64,000 bases of DNA from Octopus vulgaris (lineage: Eukaryota): assembly GCA_951406725.2 (NCBI GenBank), contig OX597825.1, positions 64,852,001-64,916,000 on the forward strand. Direction: 5' to 3'. How positions within the stretch are numbered: position 1 is the first letter of the stretch; every line of letters starts with the position of its first letter. The notes under the pieces were generated by a model. That model ran no database searches. It saw only the letters and a list, made by a program, of their open reading frames with translations, and was not told the origin of the DNA. A program made the translations under genes and the position numbers. Below, in pieces: positions 1 to 12,710 of the stretch.

Positions 1-2176
1 AGGTAAGGTGCATATGCATATATATATATATATATATATATTCATAAGAAACTAATCAAAATATTTCCTTTAATTCAATTACGAGAAAAAAGAAACGATA
101 GTCAACTCTTTTCGAAATACCTGTAACTCTAAGACAATACTGTAATTTATCGATTTAAATTAATCTTTGAATAATCTTCTGTATGAATATATCAATGAAT
201 CTTTCTATTATTACATGTATTCATCTAACAATCTAACAATCTGAAAATCCGTATTCGTATTTCTCTGCCTGGTTGTGTATATGCATGTTTGTGTGTATGT
301 GCGTGAGTGGCAATTGTGTGTGTATCTTCTATATGATTTCTAAATAAACACATCAGACGCTGCTAAGCGTGATGCCGCCGTGAAGTAAAAAAACAAACAA
401 AAAAAAACCAGAGAGATAGCGAAATTGCAAGTCTCTGAAATAACTAAACAGTGTCTTCATTGAAATGTCTACACAATACCCTGACAAAATAATATGGAAA
501 TAATTATACATTAAAAATAGATAGAATAGATATTTATGAAACGCTTTATATTTAATTTTAAATATTTCGAATCATACACCTACTGACGTTTCATTTGAAA
601 ATCAATGCGAGACATTACAAGATATTCAGGCAGCAATAGAAAACTGGCCAAATTGAAAATGATTAATTTCTTTTTACACTGACACAATTTACTCCTTAGA
701 GACACGTAGTTTGTATGTGCACAGAATTTGTATATTTCCTAACAGTATGCAACCTTCGTTCTAATGCGAATTAACATTTCAGAACTTACCATACATCAGA
801 TGACCTTATGTAGATTTTATATCAGTGGTTCTAAACGTTTGTTTGTGCAGCAAGGACACTTTACAAACGCTTCTTTTTAGCGTTTTGCCCGTAACATAAA
901 GCAATATTTTAGTTAAACACGAGCTACCTTTGCGCAATTGTTCTAATAGATACGAATCCAATAGTTATCTATTCTTTAGATATTCGCGCAGACTAGTTCC
1001 TCTTATGTTGAGAATATGGGGGAAATTAATAAAGAAGATGAAGTCGTATATTTAAATAAGGAAATGTGGCTCTTCATCAATCATGTGCACAACTGATAGA
1101 AAAATCCTCCGCATATTTTTCTATGGACAACATTCAATTTGTTTTCAAATGTGTTAAAATAGTAAAATAATGTAGTGTACCCGGTTCATATATTACATTT
1201 CTAAGAAAAATAAGGATCCTTTGAAGCAACTAACTCCCTTGTCATTTACAGTGCATTCGTGAGCGAACAACGCCCACCACTGTTGCAGATGGATATCAAT
1301 TAACTGGAGGCCACATTGCATACTGGCATATTGTATACTGATATATCAGCTGCTACAAACAACAACGTCAGCAACCAAACAGTTTTACAATTTTGTGATG
1401 AAATTCTGAGAGAATATTAAACGAGAAAATGTTTTACGTTCGAAATATTTAATAAATTATTTTCCTTATTGTCACTGTATGTAGATATTTTTCCCATCTG
1501 TTTTCTCTTTTTTGTTGTGCAAGGAATTTATTATTGATTCCAGTTTGTAGCCATATTGTTATGTATCTCTGAAGGTCAATTATCAGGAACGAATAAATGG
1601 TGACTGTCATAGTTATACTTCACCGAACCCTGAACTCAGATATTAAACTGGCTAGGAATTCTATTATTCTATAAGAGTCAATTTGATTGATCAACAAGTT
1701 TGACTCTTGTAAAGAGAAGAATTTCTTTCATTCTCAATACCATTCTACATTGGAATTTTAATTAGGATAGCTACGAAGTAGCTAAGTATAACCAAATTAT
1801 ACAAAGGAATTATATTTCTCACAAATTTAAATGGAGAAGGCCAATAAAATTTGCCTTCATTCCAAAATATGTCGGTGGATCTCCGTCATTCGACGGTGAG
1901 GATTCAGTTTTTCGACGAACTGAATAACCTACTATTAAATTAATGTTGGAAACGCGGAGTATTTTAGAAATATGTATATCTTTAATTTAATTCTTAGACT
2001 TTAACTTAATTCTTAGACAGTATATTTTGAATCACATATAGGATCCCCAAGACGGTCTTCTATACAGTCTCCGACACTTTTTTACAAACAAACTGACATA
2101 ACTCGAATCTAACGTAACCAACGTCTGCCTAACAATCCACGCAGCGGGGTCGTAACAGAATCCTTGTCATTGCAAA

Positions 2177-2481
2177 TAAAATAAAAATAAATGCGCCCTT
2201 TGAAAACCTAGCCAGGCTCGTGGGCCCGGTTTCCCGGTTTCAATGGCATATGTGTTCCCCAGCTGGAAGGACACCAGTCCATCGCAGCGTTACTCATTTT
2301 TGCCAGCTGAGTGGATTGGAGCAACGTGAGATGAAGTGTTTTGCTCAAGAACACAACGCGTCGCCCGGTCCAGGAATCATGATGCTGACACCCTAACCAC
2401 TAAGCCACGGGCCTCCACTTGCGCCCTTTTAAAGCCTAGCCAGGCTCATTGGCCCGGTTTCACGAAGCCACGCGCCTCCAC
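2177..2481 (-). mobile_element. tRNA-derived SINE family C, rearranged (head/tail fragment + near-full copy)
   Basis: Minus strand reads GTGGAGGC..GTGGCTTAGTGGTTAGGG (A box) ... GTTGTGTTCTTGAGCAAAACACTT (CORE-like) ... AAAGGGCGCA + (TTTA)-like tail. Imperfect 12-bp TSD tgtcattgcaaa (2165-2176) / tgtcgttgcaaa (2482-2493). Confidence 0.9.
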
Positions 2482-3077
2482 TGTCGTTGCAAAGCAGAGT
2501 TATTAATCACTCAGTCATACTACGCTTCGTGCTTAATATTTCACATTACAAGAAGACATAGGCAATTTTAAAGGGTAAGACAGGTTTACAACAAACATTT
2601 AAAAAAATCTGAGAGATATCTCCCTATGACAAAAGATAGGCTGCATCGATTCATACTGAAGTATTTACAACACTATTGTTATATTTCAGAGTGAAAATGA
2701 ATATAACAATATCTGTGTGAACACAATTTCACATCAGGAATTTTGCAAAACAAATGCACAAACGTATTTACAAAGTGTTCTTGAGAAATATTTATTTGAA
2801 AAAGTGTGTTGGAAAGTTAAACTTTTACAAACCGCTGTAATATGCTATCTACATAAAATACGTTAGTGGATATAGAGTACTACTATACCCGGACACCTCA
2901 TACAAAATATCTAATTACCAGGTTTTTCTAATAGTGTGTGTTGACCCGATATATGACAGATTAAGCACCTCTGCATATGAACATCTGTGGCTTGTAGGCG
3001 TTATTCTATAATATTATGTATGAATAAACACACTTAAACACAGAGACACAAATACACATGCACACTGACACACACAG

Positions 3078-3155
<78 letters not shown>

Positions 3156-3263
3156 ATTGTGTGAATATGTGTATATACTCATGACTTAACAAATATCTTT
3201 CAGGAATTCATATGCAAGATATTCTAGCATTACAGTGTTTCTGTCATCGTATATGCAACGGAT

Positions 3264-3312
<49 letters not shown>

Positions 3313-4183
3313 TCCCAATAAATGTATGCGAGGGCTGTTATGTTTGTATATGTCTGTGTGTGAACGTCTATGTATTTACGTTCGAGGTTACGTGAATAGA
3401 AATCTGTGCTGGATTATAAAAACAAAAATACCGTTTGTCTTGACTACTTAATTGCTTTGGTACTTCTGTTGAAATGTGCCAATCTTTTGTCGTCTTCCCC
3501 CCCACCCTCACCACACTCCATAACATTTAACTGCTCGTTCTAAGATCCTTCATGAATATGTATGATCAGTTCTTCTTTATAACCTGTTCGGTCAAATCTA
3601 CTGCGTTGGTGACCTATAGCAGCAAGATATTTTGTTAACGAGACAAGAGAGAAAAATGTAGAAGACGGATAACAAACTAACCACATATTTGTGGTTATAT
3701 TTCGTCTGGTTCTACTTGGAGTTTTATTATTACTTTCGAATTGTGTATTTAGTGAGAAGCAAAACATCAATATATTTATTAGCTTCATTCTTCTAGTTAA
3801 ATGTATTGTTGATGTTAAAAACGACAACTACAATATGTTAGCCGTGTGCCCACTGCTAACATAGTGGACAGGCTGTAGAATATGTGATCGTAATATCGAG
3901 ACAGACTGAGGAAGAATATATAGGTTTTATCGACTTACTAGTGAGTTCTGCTACCTGATATACCTCACTAGATACGTCAATAGGTGGTTATAGCTCTCAT
4001 TATTTTAATATAAATTATGTAATTTCCATTTAGAAAATATTTCCTTACGCTGCAATGTGATTATTAAGACGATTCTACTTCATGACATATTTTGATAGAG
4101 GCAAGGTGACTATAAATTTACTCCTGCCATATTCTAAAATATGAAAAAAGTATTATTTGTACAGTGATTTATTGCATATAGTG

Positions 4184-4491
4184 TTTTTTTGTTTGTTCCT
4201 TCTTCAGCCACGCCTGGCTCATTAGGGCCGGTTTCCCGGTTTTTTGGCGTATAAGTTCCCCACTTGGACGGGATGCCGGTCCGTCGCAGGTGAGCTGCAA
4301 GATGCAGGAGGAAAGAGTGAGAGAAAGTTGTGGCGAAAGAGTCAGCAGAAGGTCGCCATTACCTTCTGCCGGAGCTGCGTGGAGCTTAGGTGTTTCGTTC
4401 ATAAACACATACATCGCCCGGTCTGAGATTTGAACCCGTGATCCCTCGACCACGAGTCCGCTGCTCTAACCTCTAGGTCATGTGCCTCCAC
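4184..4491 (-). mobile_element. tRNA-derived SINE (family D; head and 3' module related to family C, different middle)
   Basis: Minus strand GTGGAGGCACATGACCTAGAGGTTAGAGC...GGGTTCAAATCTC (A/B boxes). 3' module CCTGCGACGGACCGGCATCCCGTCC...ACCGGGAAACCGGCCC is shared with family C. Perfect 14-bp TSD tattgcatatagtg (4170-4183 / 4492-4505). Confidence 0.9.
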
Positions 4492-4717
4492 TATTGCATA
4501 TAGTGACCCTCGCCTTGCGTGAAATCAACATTAGAGGAAACTAATTTTAGGGTGTTGTAAGAGAAATGAATTTTAAGGTGCAATATAAGCCTGTGGAGTG
4601 TCTCTTTAGATTACAACTTCTTTTTCTCTTGAAACTGAATGTCTTGTCTAACTAGAGGAAGTTACTCAGTGAGCCTCTGTATCTTTTTGTTTCTATAGAG
4701 AAGTAACTATGTGAATT

Positions 4718-4927
4718 TGTTATGTCGCAATACTACACAGTGGCTGTGTAACCGACGAAATCCTCGTCGCCACTGTTATGTCGCACGTTCGTATGTCTCT
4801 ACTACTCAACTCTACTCCTCTGCTCGACTACTTTACTCTAGTCTGTCCACCTTGACGTCTAGACTTCTCCCTCTATATCTACGTATTGGGCTAGCCTACT
4901 TCATCTTCTGGGGGTGTCCACACAACA
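4718..4927 (-). mobile_element. Miniature LTR-retrotransposon derivative: 154-bp LTR + PBS + 12-bp LTR end
   Basis: Termini TGTT...AACA and 5-bp TSD gaatt (4713-4717 / 4928-4932). The 12-bp repeat tgttatgtcgca occurs at 4718 and 4774. The minus strand has TGGCGACGAGGAT (4772-4760) one base after the LTR end, complementary to the 3' end of tRNA-Ser(GCT). Confidence 0.8.
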
Positions 4928-5188
4928 GAATTTAACAATCATTATTGAAACAAAATTGACTATATCATACGTTTTCTACAATACATTAAATTCCTGTTGT
5001 TCTGTTAGATTGGGTCCGTCAAATATCTATTGCATAGTACGGCAATGCATAGATAGTACGTAAATATTTCATCGATCTCTGGATAATATACGTCATAGTC
5101 AACGCCGACGACATTTACGCACACACCCTACGAGGGGTAACTTAATGAAATACAGCATATTACGAATTTCAAGAATTTTATTATTTTA

Positions 5189-5406
5189 ACTAGTAATATT
5201 CGTAACCACTTCAACTTGGCTGTCCGTTCGAACGGATTCTACTGCAATTTTTTTACCTCAAGAGGAAATCTCCTCCAGCTTGTTAACTATGCAGAGATGA
5301 ACCGTGCATCGTTAACCAGCTAGAGATGTCCTCTTGAGGTTAACAAATCTCAGTAGAGTCCGTTCGAACGGACAACCTTGTTGAAGTTGCTACGAATATT
5401 ACTTGT
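5189..5406. mobile_element. Fold-back/MITE-like element (~105-bp imperfect inverted arms)
   Basis: Left arm agtaatattcgtaaccacttcaac...tgtccgttcgaacggattctactg...acctcaagagga...gttaactatgca mirrors the right arm tgcatcgttaac...tcctcttgaggt...cagtagagtccgttcgaacggaca...gttgaagttgctacgaatattact. Loop 5294-5304. Confidence 0.8.
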
Positions 5407-6689
5407 CAGTGCAAGTACGAAGTTGATCTCTTAGAGAGACTTTAGAACTAGCATTTTTGCTTATTTTAACATCCCATCAACCTAATGAATATAACCTGCA
5501 TTAACGATAATTAATCCATTGGAGGATTCTAGAAGAGAGCGGTAACTTCATTTTCCCTGAAGACGGACGTAAACGAATATGCTGGAGCCATTCATTTTCT
5601 GTGCAAGTGAAAAAAAGTAATACTGTTATGGAAAAAATGTGATTGTGTCATTTGCACAAATGGAGACATTATGAATAAGTCTACAATTTCCTAAGCTTGT
5701 TGTAGCAATTCTTGAAAATTTTCAATTTATAAAATATTCTAAAGTGGAACTCAGCGTGTAGAGAAACGTTTTCTCTTCGGGCAATGACAAATTAGTAAAA
5801 AGAAGCAAGTCTCTCGTTACTTATATAATACTTATGCAGCAGGCGGCGGTTGCAGCGACCATGGGTGATGTTGAATTGGAGATTTGCAATTATATTACCT
5901 TTGTCCATATGTGGCATGAGAGACTAGTGTATTTTGGCCATGGATGGAATGCAAAACTGAAAATGGCTAACCTTACAGCTGTCGATTTGGCAAATAGTCT
6001 ATTTATCCATGTGCAAGTTATTTCTGAGAAAATAGCATGTGGCATAGGAAATAGTAAAATGCATTCTCTGTGCCGATTAAATTACATCAACCAATGTAAT
6101 AAAATGGTTATGATAAATATACAGCTGCAGCAGTCAGTCTAAAAATATACAATAGCAACTGCTAATTTCCCACTTTATTATTTCATAGTGTTATTAATAT
6201 TCAACATACGCACATGTTCACATACTCATTTAGAGTTAACTCAATCAATACCGGGTCTTGACAGTTAGATATTTTCTTTCGACTGAGACTGGATTAAACT
6301 ACTTGAAACTTTTATTAATATTACACACACGAGGGCACTGTAGGATTATGACCTAGTCCTAAGAAAGGGGTGAACCCACACCAGATGGTTTCCATTTACC
6401 CATTTCGCTACTTCATTTACACATCGCAGAAACGATATAAAATTGCAGCCTGTCACCTGCAGGGTAACAAACTTTGTTCAGTTAAATTACCCGCTGCACC
6501 TTACATGGACACAAAGTATTTGCTCGTAACCCGATGTGTTTCTCCCGGTGTGGTTTTCGAAGCTTTTACTGCTCACTCAAATGCTGGCATTTTACCAATT
6601 TAAACACAATCATTATATTTTCTTAATTTTTTAATTATGTTTTCTTAATTTTCCTAATTAGTTCTGATTCTCTATTGCATCCCGTAAAG

Positions 6690-6940
6690 ACAGGTGAATT
6701 AAGGTTTAGAGTTATCAGATTGCGGGTGTTGGATGATACGATCGATTTTCGAACCGGGGAAACTTCATTTCACGATGCTTCTGTACATTTAGCTGGTAAT
6801 GTGTAATAGTGGCATTTCGAAATTAATCCTATGATGGAATAGCTTCCAATCCTGGAAGAGAGTTTTCTACTCTCAGCCTAAAACTATCTTCAAAATCTGG
6901 GTAATCTCTGACGTCATGACCCTGTAGATTCAACGCAGAT
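6690..6940 (+). mobile_element. Old degenerate family C-like SINE
   Basis: Retains aacttcatttcacgatgct (family C: cacttcatttcacgttgct) and cctatgatggaatagcttccaatcc (cf. ctgcgatggactggcgtcccgtcc). Confidence 0.45.
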
Positions 6941-7012
6941 TGAAACGAATTAAAAAATACGCTATCATCTTGCATCAAGATGCTCAAAGTGTATTTCCCC
7001 ATAATATTCTCT

Positions 7013-7170
7013 TTAAATTTTAGTACAAGGCTGGCGAATTTCAGTAGGCTAAATCTGGTACTTGTTTTATCGACTCTGAAAGGATGAAATTCAAAGTCGA
7101 TCTAGGTGGAATTTGAACTTAGAAAATGAAGACGGACGAAATGCCGTTAAGCATTTTTCGCCCGGCTTGC
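7013..7170 (-). mobile_element. Nin-domain SINE family B, degenerate monomer
   Basis: Reverse complement of family B body: ttatcgactctgaaaggatgaaa...aagtcgatctaggtggaatttgaact...gacggacgaaatgccg. Confidence 0.8.
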
Positions 7171-7200
7171 ATGTCCTCATAACATTGCATGCAAGGGAAA

Positions 7201-7340
7201 GGCAGTGATGTGGTAGAACTATTAAAGCCGGAAACAGCGTTATGCGGTGTTCCTTTTCTCGCTATCTTTTTTTTCTTTCTTTCTTTCTAAGTTCAAATCT
7301 TCCCGAGCGCCATTTTATCTCTCATCCCTCCGGAATTAAT
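7201..7340 (+). mobile_element. Family B SINE, highly degenerate, head-to-head with the previous copy
   Basis: ggcagtgatgtggtagaac...ttctaagttcaaatc...ctctcatccctccgg resembles the family B head, B box and Nin domain. Confidence 0.45.
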
Positions 7341-8021
7341 GAATTTGACAACTACGCCATCAAAAAACAAACATTACATAGAATAAAAGCTACGAAGAAT
7401 ACTAAGCTGATTATCACCATGTCGGTAGGCTCAACCAGCCAGATGGAGATCATACGCAAATTTGCCTTCCCTTACATCTCGTAGCAACGATAGAGAATTC
7501 CAGTCAGGAAACGTATGAGTATTATAGCTTCCCATATCATTCCTCATTTCAAATACATTTACACTTCACATGTATTCTTCTTCACTTTTCCCATTATCTA
7601 TTTCCTATTTATACTTTCTTTGTGTATTTGGTTTTGTTTTCTACCACGATCCCTGCAGGACAAGCATACATTTATTAAGAAACCTGACAAGCTATAAAGA
7701 CAATAAACACATGTTCTGCCACCAATATAGCAACATTTGTCATTTATTTTTATTTGAATACTCTTTTGGGATTAGACTACAAAAGAACAAAAAAGAAATA
7801 TATAAGACGTGACCTACATGTTCGGAATATCGATCACATATAGAAGAGATTGTTTCAAGCAAACCATGAAAAGACAAGTTCAGTTCATTGACAAGAAATG
7901 AAGAAAATTGCAATATTCTCTGATACATCTTGTGTCATGTTTATATCTCCAATTTTAATGTTGATGGCCGGCAGTCAAAAACCAGTCTATTATATATCGT
8001 TAATTAAAAGTATATTGCTCG

Positions 8022-8023
<2 letters not shown>

Positions 8024-8067
<44 letters not shown>

Positions 8068-8340
8068 CACACACACGCACACATACATACACACACAGAG
8101 ACACAGACGCTCTCTCACACTCACGCATATATATACCTGCACACCTAGTTTTATATATGTGTGTATACACATAAATACACTCACACACACATATACATAT
8201 ATATATACATAGTTATGCATAAATATATATAAATATATATGCATGTGAGTGTATATATATATATATGTATAGGAATGTATGTATGTAAATACATTTATAC
8301 ATACATATATATATATATGCGCGTGTGTGTGTTTAGATAA
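8024..8340. repeat. (CA)n/(TA)n compound microsatellite
   Basis: Directly visible dinucleotide runs. Confidence 0.95.
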
Positions 8341-9152
8341 ATATATACATTTACCCTCGGTTCACACACGTACTCACATGCGATATCTTATAGTCGATAA
8401 ATAGATTTCTTTGATTAAGTGTATGCCCCAGTTATTCAGTTAAACTGTAAGTGTAGGCAATCTTACACAGAAGAAAGTAGGGTATCGTCAATTTAATTGA
8501 TCTCTTCTACAATATGGGTATCAATAAAATATTAACCTCGCAGGGGAATGAAACCAAAAACGCAAAACTATCGATCTTACAAGTATTCTCGATCATAACC
8601 TTGAAATATATTCAATCCGCTTCTTCAGTCAATTCACCGTTCACATTCGCCCGATATATTACTTTTGAAAAGAAAATAACAAAAACAATTCAAACATGAA
8701 GGAGATCCAGATTGCTATAAGGTTATAAACTTAATAGAAGATCTTGTCTCAGAAAATAAGCAATGCATTAATGATTCGTTATTAATAATCCAAACTCACA
8801 ATATCGGTATTCTTTGGTATTAAAATCCATAAAAGGAATATCGGTTCCTCTTCAGTTCCTTTTGATAAGATAAATCAATAATATTATTAGGATCATAAAG
8901 TATTACAACAACCGCGGTGAAGTATATAGTTCGTTTATCGTTGACATCGTTGTCATCGATGGGCGAATATGAAGATGGCCTTCAACGTCCATTGAATGTA
9001 AGAAATTAAATTTCGCAGGATATGCGTCTAGAGTAAGCTTACGGATATTAGTCTGGAGTCGACGGAAATGTTGTGCGCGCGCGCATGTGTGTCCGTATCT
9101 ATATCTATCTATCAATATTATCTATCTATTTATCTATCTCTTTCTCTCTCCC

Positions 9153-9158
9153 TATATA

Positions 9159-9190
<32 letters not shown>

Positions 9191-9261
9191 AAGATAGACA
9201 TATAGATATATAGACAGACAGATAGACAGACACACACAGACGGACACACAGACAGACACAC

Positions 9262-9309
<48 letters not shown>

Positions 9310-9341
9310 GTATCTTTATGTATGAATATATACGGAACATT

Positions 9342-9385
<44 letters not shown>

Positions 9386-9590
9386 TATGTGTGCGTATGT
9401 GTGTATATTCTTATCTGTATGTTTTTATATATACGTGTAAATATGTATGTATGTAAGTATGTACGTACGTATGTATGTATGTATGTATGTATGTATGTAT
9501 GTATGTATGTATGTATGTCAGTATGCATGTATATATGTGTGAATGTATGCATGTCTGTATGTGTGTGTATGTATGTATGTATGTGTATAA
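9153..9590. repeat. (TA)n, (GATA)n and (TATG)n compound microsatellite
   Basis: Directly visible di- and tetranucleotide runs. Confidence 0.95.
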
Positions 9591-10366
9591 GCATGAAAAC
9601 ACTTTCATCTTACATTAACAAATTGACGTATATATCTTCTCCGTACCCTTTTTTTCCTCTCTTAGTGAAGAATTAAATTGCGTATTACGAATAGCGCCTT
9701 TATTACGCTATATTCAAATAACCCGTTCTGTTCTTTTATTGGTAATAGTAATATATTCTGTAATATACTGGTTATATCACCTCTCGAGATGATTGATAAC
9801 AAGAGAGAAGGAAAAGCTTTAAGGAGTACATTATTAAATGCGCATATATAGTTTGCGAATGAAACCCCCCGATATAAGAAGCAGCGTATTTAATACATTC
9901 TGTAATATATGCCACATAAATACAAGTCCTCATTGTAGAAAAGGCTGTTGGTAGTTTTGCATATTTTGTTGACGTGTGTAGGCGGATCCCCTAACAAGTA
10001 TTTTCTTAGGGAATGCCTGGAGCGCGCCTGTTGTATATTCACTTTTCCCTTTACAAATTGCCTACCGGATTGCCACAGCGATTCTATCATCAAAGCGTGT
10101 TGTCTTTAGTAAGCAAGTGCTTTCGCCGGAGGTGGGAGCCATCAATGGGGATTTATGAACAATCCTAGACTAACACATATATGTGTTAGACTAACACACA
10201 TACATGTGTAAATATATGTGTATTTAGATATATATAATACACACACACATATATACATACACACACATATATATATAGATATACATATATATATATATTT
10301 GTTTATATTTATGTTTTCTATTTATATATACAGGCATGAATATATTTATGTGTGTGTGTCTGTATG

Positions 10367-10451
<85 letters not shown>

Positions 10452-10849
10452 TTGTGTGTATGAGTATATATATGTGTATATATATGTATGTACTTACATA
10501 GGTGTATGTATATATGTATATACACGCCTACGCACACAGACGTGTGTGTGCGTGGCACGATATTCTAAGTGTGTTCATCCGCAACATTGTGTGCCAAATA
10601 AATGCATTAAATAGTCGCAAAACAAGGTACGATAAAGCAAGGTAAACCTATGGATGAGTATAACATAGAGAAGAGAAGTGCTCGAATTTAAAATCGTGAT
10701 ATCATATTACGTAAATGAAAATACAGAACTGAGAGTTAAGTAAATGACTGTCACCAGTAAAATATTCGTATAATCGCAGCTAAGAATAGTATAAGCGGAA
10801 TGAATTATCAACTAATACCGAATACATATGTATATATATATATATACAT

Positions 10850-11100
10850 TTTTTGCGCCCTTTTAAAGCCTAGCCAGGCTCATGGGCCCGGTTTTCCGGT
10901 TTCTATGGCGTATGTGCTCCCCGCTGGACGGGATGCCAGTCCGTCGCAGCGTTACTCATTTTTGCCAGCTGAGTGGACTGGAGCAACGTGAAATGAAGTG
11001 TTTTGCTCAAGAACACAACGCGTCGCCCGGTCCAGGAATCGAAACCACAATCTTACGATCATGGTGCTGACACCCTAACCACTAAGTCACGCGCCTCCAC
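10850..11100 (-). mobile_element. tRNA-derived SINE family C, full length
   Basis: Near-identical to the copies at 30929-31186 and 38641-38909. Minus-strand A box TGACTTAGTGG and B box GGTTTCGATTCC. Confidence 0.92.
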
Positions 11101-11509
11101 GTATATATGCATGTCACTTTAACTTACTTAGGTTATACATACATATATTTTTGTATTTATACGTATGTATATATAAACATCTATCTGTAGGTATATATAT
11201 GATATGTGCGCGTGTGCACCTATGTATGACGATAATAAGCTACGACATGTAACTTAAAATAACATGGTTTGGATGAAAAAAGAATAAATGTATATTAAGG
11301 AAGATGAACGATCAATTCTTTATTCAATAAAATCCTCCTGGCATCGAGGGAAAATAAGCCAACGCTTTCTGGCAATAGAATCCGACTAATCTAAAAATGG
11401 ATATGATCTCAAAAGCATTAATTCTTAGTAATTGGAAAAAGGATATTTTTTCTAGTGATAAAAGGATAGCCGTCGTTATACAGTTCTGCCACAATATTTG
11501 TCAACTATA

Positions 11510-12078
11510 AGCGGTATTTCGTCTGCCGTTACGTTCTGAGTTTAAATTCCGCCGAGGTAGAATTTGCCTTTCATCCTTTCGGGGTCGATTAAATGAGTAG
11601 CATTTGCGCACTGGTGTCGATGTAATCGATTTAAACCCGTCGTCTGTCCATGTTTGTCCTCTCTGTGTTTAGCCCCTTGTGGGTAGTAAAGAAATAGGTA
11701 TTTCGTCTGCCGTCAGGTTCTGAGTTCAAATTCCGCCGATGTCAACTCTGCCTTTCATTCCTTCCGGGTCGATAAATTAAGTACCGGTTACGCACTGAAG
11801 TCGATGTAATCGACTTAATCCCTTTATCTGTCCTAGTTTGTCCCCTCTGTATTTAGCCCCTTGTGAGCAATAAAGAAATAAGAAACATTAGCACGTTGGA
11901 CGAAATACTTCGCGGTATTTCGTCTGTCTTTACGTTCTGAGTTCAAATTCCGCCAAGGTCGATTTGGCCTTTCGTTCTTTCGGGATCGATACATTAAGTA
12001 CCAGTTGCGTACCGGGGTCGATCTAATCAACTGGCCCCTTCTCAATAACTTTGGGCCTTGTGCCTTAGAGTAGAAAAG
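11510..12078 (+). mobile_element. Nin-domain SINE family B, three-unit array
   Basis: Three ~185-200-bp units, each with a B box (GAGTTCAAATTCC or a 1-nt variant) and GCCTTTCATCCTTTCGGGGTCGAT-like Nin domain. 14-bp TSD aatatttgtcaact (11493-11506 / 12079-12092). Confidence 0.92.
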
Positions 12079-12540
12079 AATATTTGTCAACTGAGTTGAA
12101 TCGAGATACAAATTCATGTATTTGCATTTGTATATATCAATGTGTGTGTATGTTTAATTATAAATATGTGAGTGTTTGCATTTCATATTGTATATAATTG
12201 TGTGCGCGTACATAAAGAGATGCATAATTTTCTTGAAGAAATTTAAAAAACAAGGAGGGAGGAGTCTAATCAGCATGAAATATAGAGTTATGTTCCTTTG
12301 AAGATAAAACTTGACGTAACGGTTATTCAGTTTCCTGCTTTTCTTTCAAACTGTGGGGTTCAGGAAGTCAGTTCATGAAGTTCAAAAATTCCATGGACAC
12401 AACATGTGTGAGTGTGTATGAGTAGGTGTGTGTATATGTGTGTGTGTGTGTGTATGTATTTTTTTTTTTACTTGTTTCAGTGCTAGGGGGACAAACACAG
12501 ACATACAAACACACACACACATGTATATATATATATATAC

Positions 12541-12710
12541 ATTTTAAGCAGCAGAAAATTCAACAAAATCTGTTACTCTGAGTTTCACCGTTCATCAGAC
12601 AGTTTTTTCTAGCAAAAACTGTCTGATGAACGGCACAAAACTATATATATTATCTACCACTGGTATTTGATATCTTCTTTCCACCTTGTTTCACATTTAT
12701 GTGTTTATCC

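Noticed and set aside
823-1018. cagtggttctaaac...gttgagaa resembling hAT/Charlie MITE ends
   Set aside because: The right terminus is too degenerate and no 8-bp TSD is visible.
1981-2018. 19-bp tandem duplication (similar small duplications at ~10166-10200 and ~53309-53364)
   Set aside because: Ordinary replication-slippage duplications.
5834-6142. 102-aa ORF MQQAAVAATMG...
   Set aside because: No recognisable motif or exon structure, and the length is compatible with chance.
9012-9040. Possible 14-nt micro-exon (ttcgcag|...|gtaagc)
   Set aside because: Weak polypyrimidine tract and frame-shifting length; such matches are expected by chance.
11510-12078. Regularly spaced repeats as a CRISPR array
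   Set aside because: The units are ~190-bp SINE bodies without unique spacers, in a eukaryotic context with no cas genes.
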